Source: Candidatus Nanohaloarchaea archaeon (GTDB lineage Archaea > Nanohalarchaeota > Nanosalinia > Nanosalinales > Nanosalinaceae). From it: a stretch of DNA of 19,869 nucleotides. The stretch's first letter is position 1, and the number at the start of each line of letters is the position of its first letter. Under the pieces are notes generated by a model, which was not told the DNA's origin, did no database searches, and worked only from the letters and a program-made list of their open reading frames with translations. The position numbers and the translations under genes were made by a program. Of this stretch, positions 17,129 through 19,869 are shown in pieces. The DNA lies in NCBI GenBank assembly GCA_041640075.1, contig JBEQAY010000011.1:1-19869 (forward strand), written 5' to 3'.

Positions 17129-17896
17129 TTACCTTCCGCTTGAAAGATAGTCCTGGACTGAAGTTGGGATAAGGACCTGCAGTTTGAGCAGGATGCTGTA
17201 CTTCAGAGGTGTTGAGTAGCGTGGTCTTGGTCTACTTGATTCCACAGCCTTCAAAATTTTCTGAGCTGGTTTATCAGGACTTGCGCCATCGTATTTTTTC
17301 TCAAGTTTAGTCCTGTATTTTTCCGAGAAACTGCTTCCGGGAAGATACTCTCTCAGGTTCTCCCGACCTCTCTCGTTGAAACCGGTTTCTATCGGACCTG
17401 GCTCCACAAGAACTACATCAACTCCTGAACCTGAAAGCTCCATCCTTAATGTATCTGTAAAACCTTCAACCGCGTGTTTTGAGGCTGAGTAACCGCCAAG
17501 AAAAGGTGCTGTAAGTTTTCCGGCTACTGAGGAGACATTGATTATTTTCCCGTCTCTTTCTCTTATCATCGGCAAGGCAGTCTTGACAGCTTTCAAAGTA
17601 CCGAGGTAGTTGACTTCACTCTGCTCCTTGAAATCATCTACATCCATGTCCTCTACTGCGCCCTGCTTCTGGATGCCAGCGCAGTTCACAAGAACTTCAA
17701 ATATCTCTTTTCGCACTACTTCCTCTAATCTTTCCTGATCCCTGACATCGCCTTGATAGGTCTGGACTTCTGCAGGGAGTTTTTCCAGTCCTTCTTCGTC
17801 CTGATCATAGGCTATGACTTTGTGCCCGTTTTCCACCAGTTTCTCGGCCGTGGCTTTCCCTATACCGTTTGCAGCTCCAGTTATGAAAACCCTCAC
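17129..17896 (-). CDS. Classical short-chain dehydrogenase/reductase (SDR)
   Basis: ITGAANGIG, NCAG, NVSS, YSASK, VEPGPIET. GTG start with TTTAA 28 nt upstream. Confidence 0.93.
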   Translation of the reverse strand: MRVFITGAANGIGKATAEKLVENGHKVIAYDQDEEGLEKLPAEVQTYQGDVRDQERLEEVVRKEIFEVLVNCAGIQKQGAVEDMDVDDFKEQSEVNYLGTLKAVKTALPMIRERDGKIINVSSVAGKLTAPFLGGYSASKHAVEGFTDTLRMELSGSGVDVVLVEPGPIETGFNERGRENLREYLPGSSFSEKYRTKLEKKYDGASPDKPAQKILKAVESSRPRPRYSTPLKYSILLKLQVLIPTSVQDYLSSGR

Positions 17897-17961
17897 AGAT
17901 TAAAAATTCGCCACGAGCATTAAATCAGTACCTGAACAACAACGGCTTGTAACACTTTTTC

Positions 17962-18032
17962 GGTAGATGATGAGGTACAGACATCGTCTGATCTGGGAAA
18001 CCGGGATGATGATAGTAACACCCACTGATACC
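17962..18032 (+). ncRNA. Archaeal C/D box methylation guide sRNA (dual guide)
   Basis: Terminal stem GGTA/TACC; C box ATGATGA 17967-17973; D' CTGA 17988-17991; hairpin TCTGG-GAAA-CCGGG; C' ATGATGA 18006-18012; D CTGA 18025-18028; guides of 14 and 12 nt. Confidence 0.92.
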
Positions 18033-18107
18033 ACTAATTTTCACGTAAAACACCAAAAGTTAGGAAGAAAAATCCGGAATGAAGGAAGTAGAGAAGAGGA
18101 AAAATTT

Positions 18108-19601
18108 TCAGAGATCGTACAGTTCCCCGTACTTTTCCCTGACGTACTCAAGGAAGTAATCGGCTGTCGGTTGCTCCCCTGTGACTTTCTCAACAAGTTG
18201 TTCTGTCTTGTGAAGACAGCCTTCCTGATGGATATTCTCCTTCAACCATTCACGCAGAGGCTCTAGCTCGCCTTCAGAAATTTTTCCTTCAAGATCCTCG
18301 ATCTCGTCACCTGCTTTCCTGTAGATCTGGGCTGAAAGAACACTTCCGAGAGAGTAAGTTGGGAAGTACCCTATGCTACCCTGATACCAGTGTATATCCT
18401 GTAGAACGCCTTTCATCTCGGAGTCAGCGCTTATCCCCAGATATTTCTCGTATTTTCTGTCCCAGGCATCTGAAAGATCCTCTACCTCAAGATCTCCGTT
18501 TACTAAAGCTCTCTCAAGCTCAAACCGGATGATTATATGCAGATGATAGGTCAACTCGTCAGCGTTGATCCTGATCAAGTTATCCGGGTCAATCCTGTTC
18601 AGCGACCTGTACGCCTCGTCGACAGACACATCTTCAAACTGGTCAGAAAAAATTTCTTTCAGCTCTGGAAGCAGGTACTCCTGGAATTCGCGGGACTTGA
18701 AGACATGGTTCTCCCAGAGACGGGACTGTGACTCGTGAACAGAAAGGTCACGTGAACTACCTGCCGGCGTACCATAAAGATCCTGTGGAAGACCCAGTTC
18801 ATACAGTGCATGGCCACATTCATGAATAGTAGCTCCAAGGCTTTCGGCAAGATTCTCCTCGTCAAACCTGGTAGTTATCCTGCAGTCAAACTGGTTTCCA
18901 AGAGTGAAGGGATGCTCTGAAACATCAAGACGGCCTCTATCCCAGTCATAACCCATTCTATCAACCACCTGGCGAGAAATCTCCATCTGGCCATCCTCAG
19001 GGAACTCTCCGGTGTATACGCCGTCATCTATATCTTTGGATTGCTTGATCTCATCCACTAGCTCCGTTAATTCATTTTTGAGTCTTTCAAGAATCTTTTC
19101 CATAGTTTCGTACTTGATGTATGGCTCGTAATCCTTGAACAGTACCTTATAAGGCTCCTCTTCAGGATCTATTGCAGCTGCATACTTTCTCTTCAGCGCT
19201 ACAAGTTCCTTCAGATCCTCTTCAACTATCGAGAAATCATCTTCTTTACGGGCTTGCTCCCACATCTTCACAGTATTTGACTCTTTCTCGGATATTTTCT
19301 CCTCGATCTCCTCTGGAACCTTTGAAGCTCTTTTATATTCTCTCTTTATCTCACGTATATTCGCACGCTCCTCTAACTCATGCACTCCAGGTTCAAGTTC
19401 ATCCAGAAGATTCCCTAACTCCTCAGACGTCATCTTCTGATGATGAACCTTCGCAAGCATAGAATTTTGCTTTGAACGGGCTTTAATACCTTCTTCAGGC
19501 ATCATAACCTGCTGATCCCAATGCAAAAGCTCTCTGACATCACCCAGACTTTGAAGCGTTTCCGCCTTTCTTTCAAATCTTTCATACACATCTTTTTCCA
19601 T
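18108..19601 (-). CDS. Carboxypeptidase Taq, peptidase family M32
   Basis: LLHWDQQVMMP, HPF, HECGH (HEXXH), HESQSRLWEN, IRINADE, GVLQDIHW, GYFPTY. Start moved from 19664 to ATG 19601. Confidence 0.95.
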   Translation of the reverse strand: MEKDVYERFERKAETLQSLGDVRELLHWDQQVMMPEEGIKARSKQNSMLAKVHHQKMTSEELGNLLDELEPGVHELEERANIREIKREYKRASKVPEEIEEKISEKESNTVKMWEQARKEDDFSIVEEDLKELVALKRKYAAAIDPEEEPYKVLFKDYEPYIKYETMEKILERLKNELTELVDEIKQSKDIDDGVYTGEFPEDGQMEISRQVVDRMGYDWDRGRLDVSEHPFTLGNQFDCRITTRFDEENLAESLGATIHECGHALYELGLPQDLYGTPAGSSRDLSVHESQSRLWENHVFKSREFQEYLLPELKEIFSDQFEDVSVDEAYRSLNRIDPDNLIRINADELTYHLHIIIRFELERALVNGDLEVEDLSDAWDRKYEKYLGISADSEMKGVLQDIHWYQGSIGYFPTYSLGSVLSAQIYRKAGDEIEDLEGKISEGELEPLREWLKENIHQEGCLHKTEQLVEKVTGEQPTADYFLEYVREKYGELYDL

Positions 19602-19667
19602 ATCTAACACTGTATAAAACAAGGAAAGCTGAACGTCAAAAAACTTTCCCGACCTCCACTTCACTAA

Positions 19668-19673
19668 TTAAAA
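19668..19673 (+). promoter_or_regulatory. Putative TATA box for the leader-tRNA-His transcript
   Basis: TTAAAA begins 31 nt before the AAGCC hairpin at 19699, the same spacing seen for leaderless genes in this window. Confidence 0.5.
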
Positions 19674-19698
19674 ACTTCCCAGTCAATTCATTTCTCGT

Positions 19699-19749
19699 AA
19701 GCCATGCCTTGCATGGCTTCTGCGTGATCAAACTTCGCGACTGAAGTTT
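19699..19749 (+). ncRNA. Structured tRNA 5' leader element, minimal copy
   Basis: Perfect 9-bp hairpin AAGCCATGC-CTT-GCATGGCTT, shared 18-mer at 19722-19739, and CAAACTTC complementary to GAAGTTTG ending at tRNA G-1. Confidence 0.7.
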
Positions 19750-19824
19750 GGTGGAGGTAGGTTAGCTGGTCTATACTCCGACCTTGTGGCGGTCGGGACG
19801 CGGGTTCGAATCCCGCCCTCCGCC
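19750..19824 (+). tRNA. tRNA-His (anticodon GTG) with genome-encoded G-1
   Basis: G-1 (19750) opposite C73 (19824); acceptor stem GTGGAGG/CCTCCGC; anticodon arm CGACC-TTGTGGC-GGTCG; T arm GCGGG-TTCGAAT-CCCGC; CTA rather than CCA follows. Confidence 0.96.
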
Positions 19825-19831
19825 CTACCAG

Positions 19832-19837
19832 TTTTTT
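19832..19837 (+). terminator. Oligo-T tract, putative archaeal terminator of tRNA-His
   Basis: Six T residues begin 8 nt after the discriminator base. Confidence 0.5.
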
Positions 19838-19869
19838 ACTCTGGATACCGTATTTTTCTGTATGGAGTT

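Noticed and set aside
17967..18266. 99-aa ORF starting MMR
   Set aside because: Its ATGATGA is the C box of the sRNA, the product is basic unlike this proteome, and it overlaps the M32 gene antisense.
19828..19830. CCA shortly after tRNA-His
   Set aside because: It is separated from the discriminator C19824 by CTA, so it is not the encoded CCA end.

Overview
Gene-dense archaeal window with a strongly acidic proteome, CCA-less tRNAs and mostly leaderless genes with a TATA-like box about 30 nt upstream of the start. This fits an extreme halophile with a compact genome, most likely Nanohaloarchaeota (inferred, not proven). Protein genes in order: PduO-type cobalamin adenosyltransferase, a MhqD/MhqO-like esterase and ring-cleaving dioxygenase pair, a P2A-like ATPase with altered key motifs, a lipoate locus (permuted LplA, alpha/beta hydrolase, divergent Lpl-fold protein), a 6-TM half-MFS, a transglutaminase-like protein, an atypical M24 hydrolase, a complete mrpABCDEFG antiporter operon, a secreted acidic protein, an SDR and an M32 carboxypeptidase. 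RNA genes: tRNA-Leu(GAG), tRNA-His(GTG) and a dual-guide C/D box sRNA. The most striking signal is non-coding. Both tRNAs, 12 kb apart, are preceded by the same structured leader: an AAGCC...GGCTTCTG hairpin, an identical 18-mer GCGTGATCAAACTTCGCG, and AAGTTT directly before the mature 5' G. CAAACTT in the 18-mer can pair across the predicted processing site. This is a candidate undescribed cis-acting RNA for tRNA 5' maturation or regulation.
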